From Macrostomum lignano (lineage: Eukaryota), in assembly GCA_002269645.1 (NCBI GenBank), contig NIVC01002668.1:1-64000 (forward strand): 64,000 bases of DNA. The letters run 5' to 3'. Made by a program: the position numbers and the translations under genes. Below are positions 31,673 through 45,620 of the stretch, piece by piece. The notes under the pieces are model-generated. The model ran no database searches and was not told the origin of the DNA. It saw only the letters and a list, made by a program, of their open reading frames with translations. Position 1 is the first letter of the stretch. Every line of letters starts with the position of its first letter.

Positions 31673-32772
31673 TCAGGCCTTGCGCTTCTTGGCCGCGGGC
31701 TCGTCGCTGCCGTTGTTCCCGGCGGCGGCGACAGACTTTGGCCGGCCTCGCCTGCCGGTGACCTCGTCGCCCATCTCCTTCTCGATGAGGGTGATCAGCG
31801 TGTTGCAACGGCGCTGCAGCTCCATGGCTGTGCGCGATTTTAGGAACCAATCAAACCTGAACTGCGGAGTCTGGCGGACGGCGTGGCGCAGCAGCTCGTA
31901 GGCGTTCTCGGTGTCCAGCCCCAGCTTGTGCAGGTAGCAGATGAGGAACCGGTCCTCCTCCTCTGTGAATGCCTTGCCCTGCGGGTGGGGTTTGGGTGAT
32001 CGGGTTGGTTAAAGGGGAGGGGCTTTTGGCTGCATAGGGGAGCTTTGTGCGTCTGCCTGTTTACACCTCTGTGCAGTGTGTAGCTTCTCAGTTTGGCTTG
32101 GCGTTTAAACTCAAGTTTGTTTGCCCGCCTGCCATTCTGCTGACTTGTGCGTGAGAGTGTATCTGTGTGTCTGTCTGTTTGTCTGTCTTCTTGTATCTGT
32201 GTGTCTGTCTGTCTTCTTGTATCTGTGTGTCTGTCTGTCTGTCTTCTTGTATCTGTGTGTCTGTCTTCTTGTATCTGTGTGTCTGTCTTCTTGTATCTGT
32301 GTGTCTGTCTGTTTGTCTGTCTTCTTGTATCTGTGTGTCTGTCTGTCTGTCTGTCTTCTTGTATCTGTGTGTCTGTCTGTCTTCTTGTATCTGTGTGTCT
32401 GTCTGTCTGTCTGTCTGTCTTCTTGTATCTGTGTGTCTGTCTGTCTTCTTGTATCTGTCTGTCTGTCTGTCTGTCTTCTTGTATCTGTGTGTCTGTCTGT
32501 CTGTCTTCTTGTATCTGTGTGTCTGTCTGTCTGTCTGTCTTCTTGTATCTGTGTGTCTGTCTGTTTGTCTGTCTTCTTGTATATGTGTGTCTGTCTGTCT
32601 GTCTGTCTGTCTTCTTGTATCTGTCTGTCTGTCTGTCTGTCTGTGTGCCTGTCTTCTTGTATCTCTGTGTCTGTCTGTCGTGTTTCTGTTCTGTCTGTCT
32701 GTCTGTCTGTCTGTGTGCCTGTCTTCTTGTATCTCTTTGTCTGTCTGTCTGTCGTGTGTCTGTTCTGTCTGT

Positions 32773-32829
<57 letters not shown>

Positions 32830-32878
32830 GTGCCTGTCTTCTTGTATCTCTTTGTCTGTCTGTCTGTCGTGTGTCTGT

Positions 32879-32947
<69 letters not shown>

Positions 32948-35900
32948 TTGTCTGTCTGTCCGTCTATCTGTCTATCTGTCTGTCTGTCTATCTGTCTGTC
33001 GTGTGTGTGTCTGTCTGTCTTCTTGTATCTGTGTGTGTGTGTCTGTATGCCTGTCGGTCTGTTGATCAGCTAAACCACCGCAACTTTACACACACATCTA
33101 CCCACCTTATTAGTTCCGTAGTGAATCTTGAGCTGGTGGAAGGGTGCCCGATAGCGGCCCATCTTGACGTCAAGCGAGCGCTTGATGGCCTGGCGGCGGG
33201 CCAGCTTGGCCTCGCCCCGCTGCATCTGGGCCAGAATTCGCTCATTGTCGGTGAGCTCGCCGTGCCGGCGCCAGAACACCTGGGCATATTCGCGCACCTC
33301 TTCGGGCGTTTTGCCTTCGATCTCTTGGCAGATTTTGTCAATCTGATCGCGACCGTGCTTCTCGTTGGCTTTGACGAACTGTTGGAAGTCGCGCCGGCTC
33401 CAGTTGGTGAAGCCCTGGCGGCAGTGGTATGTAGGATTGGCTGGCATTACATGGCAGGCGTGATAATGCCCTAAAGATCCAAGGGACCGAGTGAGACTCC
33501 TAAGACAGCGAGCGACGCAGGGGTCAGAAGACACAAAAGGGACAGTGTCCCAGGGGACAGAAGAGGTCAACAGACACCTGGCTGGAGATTAGGAAGCCAA
33601 GAGATACTTATAAGGGTCAAGCTAAAGAGCCAGGGAAGGTCAACAGACACACCTGAAGATGCAGAGACCCAGGGGAGATCAACAGACACACCTGAAGACA
33701 CAGAGACCCAGGGGAGATCAACAGACACCTCTGAAGACACAGAGACCCAGGGGAGGTCAACAGACACATCTGAAGACACAGGGACCCAGGGGAGGTCAAC
33801 AGACACCTCTGAAGACACAGAGACCCAGGGGAGGTCAACAGACACATCTGAAGACACAGGGACCCAGGGGAGGTCAACAGACACATCTGAAGACACAGAG
33901 ACCCAGGGGAGGTCAGCAGACACCTCTGAAGACACAGAGACCCAGGGGAGGTCAACAGACACATCTGAAGACACAGGGACCCAGGGGAGGTCAACAGACA
34001 TCTCTGAAGACACAGAGCCAGGGGAGGTCAACAGACACCTCTGAAGACACAGAGACCCACTCGCAGGAACTCCAACCTGCCCATGAAAAATTACCTGCTC
34101 AAGCAGAGACTCTTTCTCCTTCTGCTCAGCCTCAGTGAGCGGCTCGGCCTCATCAATCTTGGCCTGCTGCTCCTCCCGATCGGGTTCGCCTGGCGGCACT
34201 CGGTAGTTGATGCTCTTGCTGTGAAGAAAAATTGAGGATTGATGCGAACTTTTACTACGGGACAGTCATGGGACAGTCATGGGACACTCATAGGACATCA
34301 TTTAACATAGGACAATCATAGGACAGTCATTAGACAGTCATGGGACAATTATGGGACACTCATAGGACAGTCATAGGACAGTCATAGGAGAGTCATTAGA
34401 CAGTCATTTACAGTCATGGGACAGTCATAGGACAGTCATTAGACAGTCATTTAAAGTCATGGGACAGTCATAGGAGTCTTTAGAAAGTCATTTAAAGTCA
34501 TGGGAAAGTCATAGGACAGTCACGTGACAATTATCGGAAACTCATAGGACAGCCATAGGACAGTCATTAGACAATCATTTAAAGTCATGGGACAGTCATA
34601 GGACAGTCATTTAAAGTCATGGGACAGTCATTTAAAGTCATGGGACAGTCATAGGACAGTCATTTAAAGTCATTAGACAGTCATTTAAAGTCACGGGACA
34701 GTCATTAGACAGTCATTTAAAGTCATTAGACAGTCATTTAAAGTCATGGGACAGTCATTAGACAGTCATTTAAAGTCATTAGACAGTCATTTAAAGTCAT
34801 TAGACAGTCATTTAAAGTCATGGGACAGTCATTAGACAGTCATTTAAAGTCATAGGACAGTCATTAGACAGTCATTTAAAGTCATGGGACAGTCATAGAA
34901 CAGTCATTAGACAGTCATTTAAAGTCATAGGAGAGTCATTAGACAGTCATTTAAAGTCATGGGACAGTCATAGGAGAGTCATTAGACAGTCATTTAAAGT
35001 CATGGAACAGTCATAGAACAGTCATTAGACAGTCATTTAAAGTCATAGGAGAGTCATTAGACAGTCATTTAAAGTCATGGGACAGTCAAAGGAGTCATTA
35101 GACAGTCATTTAAAGTCATGGAACAGTCATAGGAGTCATTAGACAGTCATTTAAAGTCATGGAACAGTCATAGGAGTCATTAGACAGTCATTTAAAGTCA
35201 TGGGACAGTCATAGGAGTCATTAGACAGTCATTTAAAGTCATGGAACAGTCATAGGAGTCATTAGACAGTCATTTAAAGTCATGGAACAGTCATAGGAGT
35301 CATTAGACAGTCATTTAAAGTCATGGGACAGTCATAGGACAGTCATTTAAAGTCATGGAACAGTCATAGGACAGTCATTAGACGGTCATTTAAAGTCATG
35401 GGACAGTCATGGGACAGTCATAGGACAGTCATTAGACGGTCATTCAAAGTCATGGGACAGTCATAGGACAGTCATTAGACAGTCATTTAAAGTCACGGGA
35501 CAGTCATAAGGACAGTCATGAGTCATAGGACAGTCATGAGACAGTCATAGGACAGTCATGAGACACTCATAGGACAGTCATGAGACAGTCATAGGACAGT
35601 CATGAGACAGTCATAGGACAGTCATGAGACAGTCATAGGACAGTCATGAGACAGTCATGAGAGTCATAGGACAGTCATGCGAGTCATGAGACAGTCATGG
35701 GACAGCCAGACACTCACCGAAATGCCAGCACCTCCTGTTCCAGCAGCTCAATAAGCCGGGAAGGAAAGAACTGGAAATCCTGCACAATGGGCTGCTTGGG
35801 CGGCCTGGGAGCCTTCGGCGCCTTGGGCTCGGCCTGGCGCAGAGCCTCCTTGAAGTAGGCGTCCACAGCGTAGTTGGCCTTGCGCTCTCGCTTGGGCGGC

Positions 35901-38900
35901 TCAATCCAGTTGGCGGCGATGTTGGCCTTGCGACCGCGGTAGTCCTCGCCTTCGAACATGTAGGTGCCGAACTGCTGATCAGCCTCGGTGTCCATGCTGA
36001 AGGTGCGCAGGCTAGACTCGCCCAGGTTGGCCAGCTGCTTGTTCAGCTCGTCCGTTTTCAACTGGCTGCGAGCCAGGATCTGGTCGATGTCCTCGTCGGT
36101 GATCTCGGAGTCCTTGGAGCGGAAGATGTGCTGAGCACCGTGGCGGATCATGGTGAGCACCTCGTCTTTGCCCAGCTGGTTGGCCTTCTGGTCCACCAGG
36201 CGGCCCTGCTGGATGACCAGGTTGTCTAAGCGCAGTTTCATTTCTGCGCGCCAGATGATGCGCTCCTCGATGGTATGCTCCGTGACGAAGCGGAATACGC
36301 GCACCTGGGTGAGCAGAGGGAGATGGTCAGGTGAGTATGGAGAGTAGGGAGCAATTATAATTTTACAGTTTAATTCATACCAATGAAGTATGAAAATGCG
36401 AATTTTCCCAGATCAGCCCAAGTCCCAATCTGATGAGGATGAGTTTATTTGCCTTGCAGGACAAAGACTACAAGCCTTGTTGGCTGAGATAACTTGAGGT
36501 TCCCATCTCTTCTACAGGTCAATCCGTATATAGATAAGCTGAGTCGGCATTTTTTTTACCTCAAGGGCTAGATAAAGAATCTAGCGAATGGTTGCCGGTG
36601 AGATGAGAGAGGGAAGAAGGAATAGAAGAGAGATTAGAGAAGACAGAATTGAAACGTGACAGACGGGAGACAAGATGAGATATATGATAGAAGAGATGAG
36701 AAAGACGATATGAGAGATGAGAGAAGAGGGGAGAAAAGGTGAGAGAGATAAGGGGGAGAGAGAAGAGGGAGAGGGAAAAGAGAAGAGAGAGGGCAGAGGG
36801 AAGAGGGAAAAGAGAAGAGAGAGGGCAGAGAGAAGAGAGAAGAGGGAAAAGAGAAGAGAGAGGGCAGAGAGAAGAGAGAAAAGGGAAAAGATAAAAGCGA
36901 AGGCAGAGGGAAGAGGGAAGAGAGAAGAGAGGGCAGAGAGAAGAGGGAAAAGAGAAGAGAGAGGGCAGAGAGAAGAGGGAAAAGAGAAGAGAGAGGGCAG
37001 AGAGAAGAGGGAAGAGAGAAGAGAGGGAAGAGAGAAGAGGGAAAAGAGAAGAGAGAGGGCAGAGAGAAGAGGGAAAAGAGAAGAGAGAGGGCAGAGAGAA
37101 GAGGGAAAAGAGAAGAGAGAGGGCAGAGGGAAGAGGGAAAAAAGAAGAGAGAGGGCAGAGGGAAGAGGGAAGAGAGAAGAGAGGGCAGAGGGAAGAGGGA
37201 AAAGAGAAGAGAGGGCAGAGAGAAGAGGGAAAAGGGAAAAGATAAAAGCGAGGGCAGAGGGAAGAGGGAAAAGAGGAGAGAGAGGGCAGAGGGAAGAGGG
37301 AAAAGAGAAGAGAGAGGGCAGAGAGAAGAGAGAAGAGGGAAAAGAGAAGAGAGAGGGCAGAGAGAAGAGGGAAAAGAGAAGAGAGAGGGCAGAGAGAAGA
37401 GGGAAAAGAGAAGAGAGAGGGCAGAGAGAAGAGAGAAGAGGGAAAAGAGAAGAGAGGGCAGAGAGAAGAGGGAAAAGAGAAGAGAGAGGGCAGAGAGAAG
37501 AGGGAAAAGAGAAGAGAGAGGGCAGAGAGAAGAGGGAAAAGAGAAGAGAGAGAGAGAGAGAGAGCAGAGAGAAGAGAGAAAAGGGAAAAGATAAAAGCGA
37601 GGGCAGAGGGAAGAGGGAAGAGAGAAGAGAGGGCAGAGAGAAGAGGGAAAAGAGAAGAGAGAGGGCAGAGGGAAGAGGGAAGAGAGAAGAGAGGGCAGAG
37701 AGAAGAGGGAAAAGAGAAGAGAGAGGGCAGAGGGAAGAGGGAAAAGAGAAGAGAGGGCAGAGAGAAGAGGGAAAAGAGAAGAGAGAGGGCAGATAAAAGC
37801 GAGGGCAGAGGGAAGAGGGGAGAGAAGAGTTCCAAACGGACCTGATGGCCGGGGTTGGCCGATCCCAGAGACAGACAAGGCTCAACAAAAACCCACCTGT
37901 TTCTTCTGTCCAATGCGGTGAGCCCGATCCATGGCCTGCAGGTCCACCTGCGGATTCCAGTCGGAGTCGTACAGAATGACCACATCGGCGGTGGCCAAAT
38001 TGATGCCGAGACCGCCAGCTCTGGTGGACAGCAGGAACAGGAATTTTTCCGAGTTGGGCGCGTTGAAAGCCTCGATAGACTCGTGCCGCTCCGAGTGAGG
38101 CGTCTGGCCATCCAGCCGGCAGTAGCGCAGGTTCCTGTAGTAGCAGTAGTCCTCCAGAATGTCCAGCATGCGGGTCATCTGGCTGAAGATCAGCACCCGG
38201 GAGCCTTGGTCGCGCAGCTTGGGCAGGAACTTGTCCAGCAGCACCATCTTGCCGCAGTTGTCGATCAGGTGCTCATCGGTGGTGTACGGCGGGCCGGGCT
38301 CCGCGCCATCGAACAGGTAGGGATGATTGGCGCACTTCCGCAGCTGCATCAGGATGTTCAACAGGCGAGTCTTCTCAGTCTTTCCGGCGCCGTTCACCAC
38401 GTCGATGTCCTTCATGAGCAGGCGGGTGTACATCTCCCGCTGCATGTGGCTCAGGCCGATGTAGATCTTCGTCTCCTTCTTGGGCAGCAGCGCCTTCTCT
38501 ACGTCCGCTTTGACGCGGCGGAGCAGGAAGGGGCGAAGGATCTGGTGCAGGCGGCTGCGGGATTGTTGTTGCAATGCTTGGTATTGGGCCTCACAGCACA
38601 GCTTCTACTACACTCACTATCCGCCCCCATTAGCATCTACTACTCACTACTACACTCACTATCCGCCCCATAAGCATCTACTACACTCACTATCCGCCCC
38701 ATCAGCATCTACCACACTCAATATCCAGGATTATCCAGCCCCCATAAGCATCTAACACACCCAATATCCGCCCCATTAGCATCTACCACTCACTACCCGC
38801 CCCCATTAGCATCTTCCACACTCACTATCCGCCCCTATTAGCATCTTCCACTCGATATCAGCCCCATTAGCATCTTCCACTCGATATCAGCCCCATTAGC

Positions 38901-40031
38901 ATCTTCCACTTAATATCCGCCCGATTAGCATCTACTACACTCAACAGCCAGCCCCATTAGCATCCACTATATCAATATCCACCCTATTAGCTACGGCCCC
39001 AGGCAAGCAGAGAGAGCCACTCACCGGATCAGATCCTGCTGCTGGTCAAGCGACTCTGGATTAAACCAGGAGTCGAACTCTTCGCTATTGCTGAACACAT
39101 CGGGCAGCAGGAAGTTCAGCAGAGCCCACAACTCGTGCAGATTGTTCTGCAGCGGAGTGCCAGTCAACAACAGCCGGTTGGACGACTTCAGCTCTCGGAC
39201 AATCTCGGACAGTTTGCTCTTCTCATTCTTGATCCGATGCGCCTCGTCAATGATGAGATAGCGCCAGTTGAACTTCTTCAACAGCGCCTTCTCGCGGATG
39301 ATCATCTCGTAGGAGGTGACGAGCACGTCCCAGTCGCCGGGCAGGATGGTCTCCTTGATGAGGTTAGTCCTGGTCTCCTGGTCGCCAATCAGGCAGACTG
39401 GCCGGAGGGACGGCACCCAGCGTTCGATCTCTTTCATCCAGTTCTGCAGGGTGGACTTGGGCGCGATGACCATGTGCGGGCCGGAGTGCTGCCTGTAGTG
39501 CTTCATGAAGCCAATCAGCGAGATGGTCTGCAGAGTCTTGCCCAGGCCCATCTCATCGGCCAGAATGCCGTTGATGCCGTTCTCGTACAGCGATATCATC
39601 CAGTTCAGGCCGCGCACCTGGTAGTCGCGCATCTCGCCATTCTTTACATACCACGGGCTGGCGTCGAAGCGCGAGATCTCGCCAGGGTCGGCGCTCTCCG
39701 CCGCGGTCTGCGACAGCAGCTCGTCGTCTTCCTCCTTCTCTGTGCGCCTGTGCCGATGGTCGCCGTCCTTGGACAGCTGGCGTTTAACGCTGCTGCTGCC
39801 AGCCTCCGCTAGCTTCATCTTCAGCGGGCTGGTCACCTTGCGTGACCTGGCTGACGCGCCCTGGGCTGTGCCAGTCTCGATGAAGTGGCTGAACAGCTCA
39901 GTCTGCTTGATGAGATATTCGAATCGTTTAGTGCGGTCGTACTCCAGCTTGTTCTCGAATGCCGGGTCGCGATGGCCAGAGCCAGCATCAGGGATGGCTG
40001 GTTTCGCCTTCGGCCTGCCGTCAGGAGTCCA
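31673..40031 (-). CDS. ISWI: ISWI/SNF2H chromatin-remodelling ATPase; exons 40031-39025, 38554-37897, 36304-35718, 34218-34095, 33414-33106, 31978-31673
   Basis: [81 protein letters not shown], then HAND-SANT-SLIDE ([28 protein letters not shown]). All introns are GT-AG and phase-consistent. Confidence 0.96.
32150..33050. repeat. Intronic (TGTC)n-based microsatellite
   Basis: Long tgtc/tctg runs with cttcttgtatc spacers. Confidence 0.95.
33610..34060. repeat. Intronic minisatellite, 39-bp unit
   Basis: gaagacacagagacccaggggaggtcaacagacacatct, about 11 copies. Confidence 0.95.
34260..35700. repeat. Intronic satellite of gacagtcat/ttaaagtcat subunits
   Basis: Directly visible 9-10 bp subunits over about 1.4 kb. 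Confidence 0.95.
36600..37830. repeat. Intronic polypurine (AG-rich) tandem repeat
   Basis: gagggcagagagaagagggaaaagagaaga-type units; the + strand is almost pure purine. Confidence 0.95.
38600..38990. repeat. Intronic degenerate repeat (cactcactatccgccccattagcatct)
   Basis: About 12 imperfect units. Confidence 0.85.
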
Positions 40032-40759
40032 CTGGGGTGGGGGAAACAGGTGAGTGGGATGGGGCAGCGCTGTCAGCAAGTTGAACTCAAATTTTGGGAA
40101 TACGGTACAAGGGTCTATGAAAATTGGTTCAGCTGTGTCAGGGAAACCAATTTTTGGTCAAATGTTTGCACTTTTATGGAGGCTACTTTGAACTCTATTA
40201 AATGTTTTTTGTCTTTAGGGAAGTTGAGATGCTAAGTCTACTATCCAAATAGGACTGTTGCTGCTATTGTTAATACACTAAAACTAGACTAAGCTTTTTC
40301 AAATACCAGTTTAAGCCATGTCATGATGGACATTAAAAATTTTATAAACAAACATAATCTAATACAAAGATGCAGGTTTCTTCCTACACAATTTTAATAT
40401 GTTGCCTATATTATAAATCATACAAACTTTTATTGCAGTCACATATGCTTTTAAAAACTATCAATATTCTTGTTGACTATAACAGGGGGTTAGACAATAT
40501 AGAATTTTTGAGATTTTTACTACAATATGACAACAATATGACATGAGATTTAATCGACATTTTGAGATATTTCATTTAAATAAGACAAAGGTAAAAACTG
40601 AAAATAGCAGTTCTCTTTGTACAACTTTTTATATTTTTGAAAAACAAATGTAAACTTTGTGCACTTTTGTTGAAGATCAGAACCTTTAATTTGTAAAAAA
40701 AACATGATAATTTTTGGGTGCATCACTTTTCCAGACACAGTTCAATCCCTTATTAAGTA

Positions 40760-41096
40760 GGGGTCGGACGTGATTACGATCGTGATCACGATTTCGTGAA
40801 TTCACGATCATTTTTTTCACGATCGTTATTTCCTTGAAACCTGTTCACGACAGTCGTGAATTTCTGCTTTATTAAATTTTATTAGAAGTATAACTTTTCT
40901 ACTTGGTTTACCAAAATATGTGAAGACAAATGTGTAAAAAAGTAATAAATTTTAAATTTGTTGACTTGATAGCATTACCGAGTAGCTATTATCAATTTAT
41001 AAATATTTCTTTTCTTGTTTTGTTATTTTCAACACTTGTAACTTACGAGCTCAAAATCCGTGTATGCAAATATAAATTCACGATCACGCCCGACTT
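40760..41096. mobile_element. Small MITE-like element
   Basis: Imperfect inverted ends GTCGGACGTGAT / ATCACGCCCGAC with internal CACGA/TCGTG repeats. Confidence 0.5.
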
Positions 41097-42093
41097 TAAA
41101 AATTTCACGAAATTTCATGCTCTACCAAAATTTTCTGCTCGTCCGATCTCTATTATTAAGGGCATTCAATTTTTGTTCAGGTGTGCACCCAGCATGATCC
41201 AGACTATTGAATAAATATGTGGAAAAGTTGCGCGTCTTAGAAAAAGTAGAATTAAGAAGGTGAGTGCTATCATTTTTTATGCGACATGTTTTGCCTCATG
41301 TCAGGCATCGTCAGGCTCTTAAAATTAGTAACGATTTATTAGTTCATTTATATTTAACAATTAAGACTAACAACAGGTTGATAAAAGTCAGAAATGTATA
41401 TAAATTAACAGTAGATTGTACAGTCCGACAGAGTGCTCACAGAGTTACAATGAGGGGAGAGAGGGAAGAGAGAGAGAGAGAGTGAGATGAGCACAAGTGT
41501 ACACCTAGAATAATCTAAGCAGGGCACTGGCACTGTGATTGGCAAGTTGCTTATTTAGGATTGGTTTATGCAATTTTATATGATGCAAGGCAAAACATGT
41601 CGCATAAAAAATGATAGCGCTCACCTTCTTAATGATTAAATATGGTTTGTAAGGAAGGACAACAGCCAAAATTTCAAATCAATGTCACTATAACTCTGTC
41701 AATATTAGTGTTAGTATAGTCAGTATCGCATAGAAGCAAAAAGTGCAGCCCATTTTGGAGAAGGAATTTTTGGCAAAAATGCTTTGGCAAAAGTGAATTT
41801 TTAGTTTAAATAGATGAACATTTTTTGTGAAAGAAAGTGACCAGTTTGACAAAAAGATTGGCTATATTATTGCAAATATACCACTTTGGTGATTGAAGCT
41901 TTATAAAATTATTCATTGCTGCAGATTATTTGCAGTTAGAAAATTAAAAAAACTCATGGCATTGCTAATAGCTATGTTATGTACATGTAATCTATTGATA
42001 GGCCCATGCAATTGATAAATTAAGGTATACAAATAATGATGTGGTTTTTCATTTCCAGTTCCTAAAATACTTTGAAATCCTACTGTAATGGAA

Positions 42094-42909
42094 GGCAGTG
42101 GTTATTTTTATGGCTAAGCCGTAGATATAGCCCAAATACTAATTTTTACGGCTGGCCGTAGAAATGTCAAAAGTTGTTATTATTACGGCTGAGCCATAAG
42201 TATAACGAATTTGTCTATTTTTACGGCTGAGCCATAGATATAGCCCAAATACTAATGTTTATGGCTGGCCATAAAAACGAGAAAACAAGAATGAGAAAAA
42301 GAGAGAGAAGAGAGGAGACAGAAGAGAAGAGTGTAGGAGAGAAGTGAAAGAGAAGTTTCAAAAGACCTTAGTGATGGAGAGGCAGAGGCTGGAGGCCAGA
42401 GTTTGCCAACCAGGGGCGTCGCCATCGGCGGGTGGACAGCTGGGGGACATGTCCCCCCAGATAAAAGATATGGGGGGCACATGCCAATGCTTTGCCCCCC
42501 CGCACCCTTGTGAGCCGGCCATTACGTAAAATCAATAATTTTGCTGAAGGGGGACACTGTAATTCCAGTACACAAGTAGTGCGCATCATCGATCATCACA
42601 TACCCTACATCTGCAGCGTACCATTGTACCAAAAATATACGAGTACATGCATGTACAGCCAGATTTCGAAGTGACTAATTGTCATGAAATTAAATGCCAG
42701 ATCTATTGAAATGGCTATTAAGAATAAATTACAGACAGCCATAAAAATAGTAGTTCCAGGTTATATCTACAGCTGGCTGTAAAAATAGACAAATTCGTTA
42801 TACTTACGGCTCAGCCGTAATAATAACAACTTTTGACATTTCTATGGCCAGCTGTAAAAATTAGTATTTGGGCTATATCTACGGCTCAGCCGTAAAAATA
42901 ACCACTGCC
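42094..42909. mobile_element. Foldback/MITE element with about 140-bp inverted repeats
   Basis: ggcagtggttattt...gccgtagatatagcccaaatactaatttttac...gtataacgaatttgtctattttta at 42094-42230 is inverted at 42770-42909. Confidence 0.8.
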
Positions 42910-43697
42910 GTAACGGAATGGCATAGACTACTAATAAAACAATTGAATTAAACTGCGACAGTAGGGGTTGGACGGGATCCCGATCCTGATCCTGAAATTT
43001 AATTTAACAACTTTAATTTCGGGGAATCGGGATAGGCTAATGTCTTTTTTTTCTGCAGAGTAGAAGTTTTTGCCATAGTCATTTTACTAGAGATATTTAA
43101 GTGAAACAAATTGTTTGAACTATCGTTTCAAGCCCCTTGCCGAATAAAATTAGAAGTCAAAATTTGGAAGCGTCTAAAAAATCACTAAATATATACTAAT
43201 TTCTGCTACATATACATGTATTTCATTTTGCATAAGCAGTAAATCAAATGTAAAAAGTGAGTATTGGTCATACTAAACTTTGTCTTTCTGCATTTTGATT
43301 TCGGTAAATTTCAATTTTGAGTTTGAAAAGTTAACGAATTTTGATTTTGAGGAAACTGCTCTTTCGGGACATCTCTAATAAATCCTAAAATAATCCTAAT
43401 CCTTTGTATCCATATGGAGTTCATTTGCCCCTATCCCGAATCCCGATTCCCAATCCCAATTTTTTTTCCAATTCCGATCCCGACCGATCCCAAAAATAGC
43501 TAAGTAACATAGATAAGTTATACATTTAAATACAATTAATTGTGACATATCTTAGCAACAAGTGCAAGTGCAAGTGCAAAGGGGGGGCTATGGCTACTCA
43601 TGTAGATCAGATGCAATTGCAATTATGTTATTATTATTACTATTAGTGAGTCACATATAGAACTCTTGAAGTTCTATAAAAAAGTCCAGAAGCTCAC

Positions 43698-43712
43698 CTC
43701 ATCATCCGACAT
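43698..43712 (-). CDS. ISWI: Probable first coding micro-exon of ISWI (MSDDE)
   Basis: On the - strand, gcaatcATGTCGGATGATGAG|gtgagc. The phase-0 donor matches the phase-0 acceptor at 40031. Confidence 0.6.
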
Positions 43713-44023
43713 GATTGCAGTAACTTCGCCTTCGGTTAAGATTTCGTAAATTCGCTCCTAGTCTGTGTTTTATAATAAGCGAATGTTCTATATTTGCGTC
43801 TTAGGCCGCTTCAAAAGATGCAAACTTTTGGCGAATTTATTAACTGTCATAAAAAACTAATTTAAATTTTACATAAGTGACAAAATTATCATATAGAGTT
43901 TAAGTACGTACTACGGCTGCTCTATGTGTCTGAAAAAATATTTTGTTTATCGTTGCAATCGTAAGTATAAAACCGTTGATTATAAGACTTGCAAAATACG
44001 ATGCGTGATCAAGGATATTATTA

Positions 44024-44418
44024 ACGAAGAGCTTGCGTGCACGGCCGCCGTTCACGTAAGCTCAGAATTGCGTGCACGGCAGAGCTATATCTTATAGGCT
44101 TATACAGTAAGTCATATACTATTCGAATTAATATTCAAGTTAACAAAAAAACAATGAATTAAGATTACATTTGCAGTCCATGGTGTACGGGGGATAAAAC
44201 ATTATAAAACAATATAGTAAAAAAATTTTTTAATTAGGTTTGCAATGCCAATGCGTGGATTTAAGGGCCCCAGTCCCGGCCAATTGCCGGCTGCCGTGCA
44301 CGCAATTACAACACTAGGTGTACGGCTGCATACATGCAAATAAAGCACTAGGTAGATAGCCGCCGTGCACGCAATTCTGAGCTTACGTGAACGGCTGCCG
44401 TGCACGCAAGCTCTTCGT
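44024..44418. mobile_element. MITE with about 60-bp terminal inverted repeats
   Basis: acgaagagcttgcgtgcacggc.gccgttcacgtaagctcagaattgcgtgcacggc is mirrored at 44360-44418. Confidence 0.8.
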
Positions 44419-45454
44419 ATTATTAAAGAATTAAAAAAGCCCAAATCAGTTCTTAGATTTGCTCAAATCCCTGAACAAATCGAATTTTTACGTCCTATGT
44501 AAATTTAATCTTGCCTTTTAATCCTTTACCAGGGGTCTAAATGAATAAAAGCCAAAAAAACTGCACTCCTGGACCTGGCGAGCCCTCTCCAGCTCTTCCA
44601 CGCGTCCCACTCACTCGAGTCACTCACTCAACCATTTAATAATTATAAATTATAGACCTAACTGTCCGGTGTCCCCGCTGTAACACACCCTCTTATCGAA
44701 TATTTAAACTATAAGTTAAAAACTCTTGAGGTTCAGTTGTAAAAAATTGTGAGTTTTAGTTTTCGTTTCGTTTTCTATAGCCCAGGCCTAATATTAGGCC
44801 CTAACTAATTAAGAATTAACTAGGCCTAGGCGGCCTAGGCCCTAGCCTAATGCAAAGTTCTATGTTCACAATTCCATGTGATGCAGATGTAGACCTAATG
44901 ACAATGTGTGCCAAACTTAGAAACAGAAACTGTTATTTGTCATTTTTAATTAATGCACTTTGACTAGCTAGAGAGATTAGTTACAATTAGAAACTGAAAA
45001 TGATTTTGCTTAGCTGCATTCTAGGCCTATATTGTATTTCAATACAATAGTCAATAGATCCTAAGACTCTACTATTGATTAGACTTAGATAGACCTACAT
45101 TTTCTAATGAATTTTGGATCAATTGGTTAAATTAGGACTTAGGTTAAATTTTAAATTGTTTGAAAAATATTTATTTATAATATTGAATAGAGTTTTAATT
45201 AAAAATAAGCCCTAGGCCTAAATATTAGCCTAGGCATAGGGGCAATCCTACACTTCCATTCAGTAAATTATTTTGACACTGAATTTTGAACAGGTGTGTT
45301 AAATAACAATGTAACCAAACAAAACTGAAACAGTGGAACATGGTAGCAGTCTGTTAGAGTGCATAGTCACTTAGAGTGTGTCTGCAGGTCATTAAGGTGT
45401 CTATAATGGATAGTAATGTCCAATCCAGTACAGGATAGACCCAAATGGACATTG

Positions 45455-45620
45455 GGGATATAGACAATGCCAGAGGAATTCCTCAATGTGTGCATTGAAG
45501 AGAGCATCGCTCGTGCTATGCATGTTGCAGATCTTGCACTTTGCGTGGGCCTATGTGCCCTCTACGGTGTTGGTGTGGACTGTTGGGTCTGCTGGATCTA
45601 CGAAGTGCAGCCGATGGGAA
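45455..45620 (-). mobile_element. Merlin (IS1595/ISXO2-like) transposase relic
   Basis: HFVDPADPTVHTNTVEGT*AHAK...NAHIEEFLW matches the H.FVDP.t..HTN.iE..W...K...l.EF.W signature; the conserved Trp is mutated to TAG. Confidence 0.7.

Noticed and set aside
32121-33474. Long Cys/Val/Leu/Ser ORFs
   Set aside because: Translations of the (TGTC)n microsatellite inside an ISWI intron.
36561-38111. Long Leu/Ser/Phe/Pro and Arg/Glu ORFs
   Set aside because: Artefacts of the polypurine intronic repeat.
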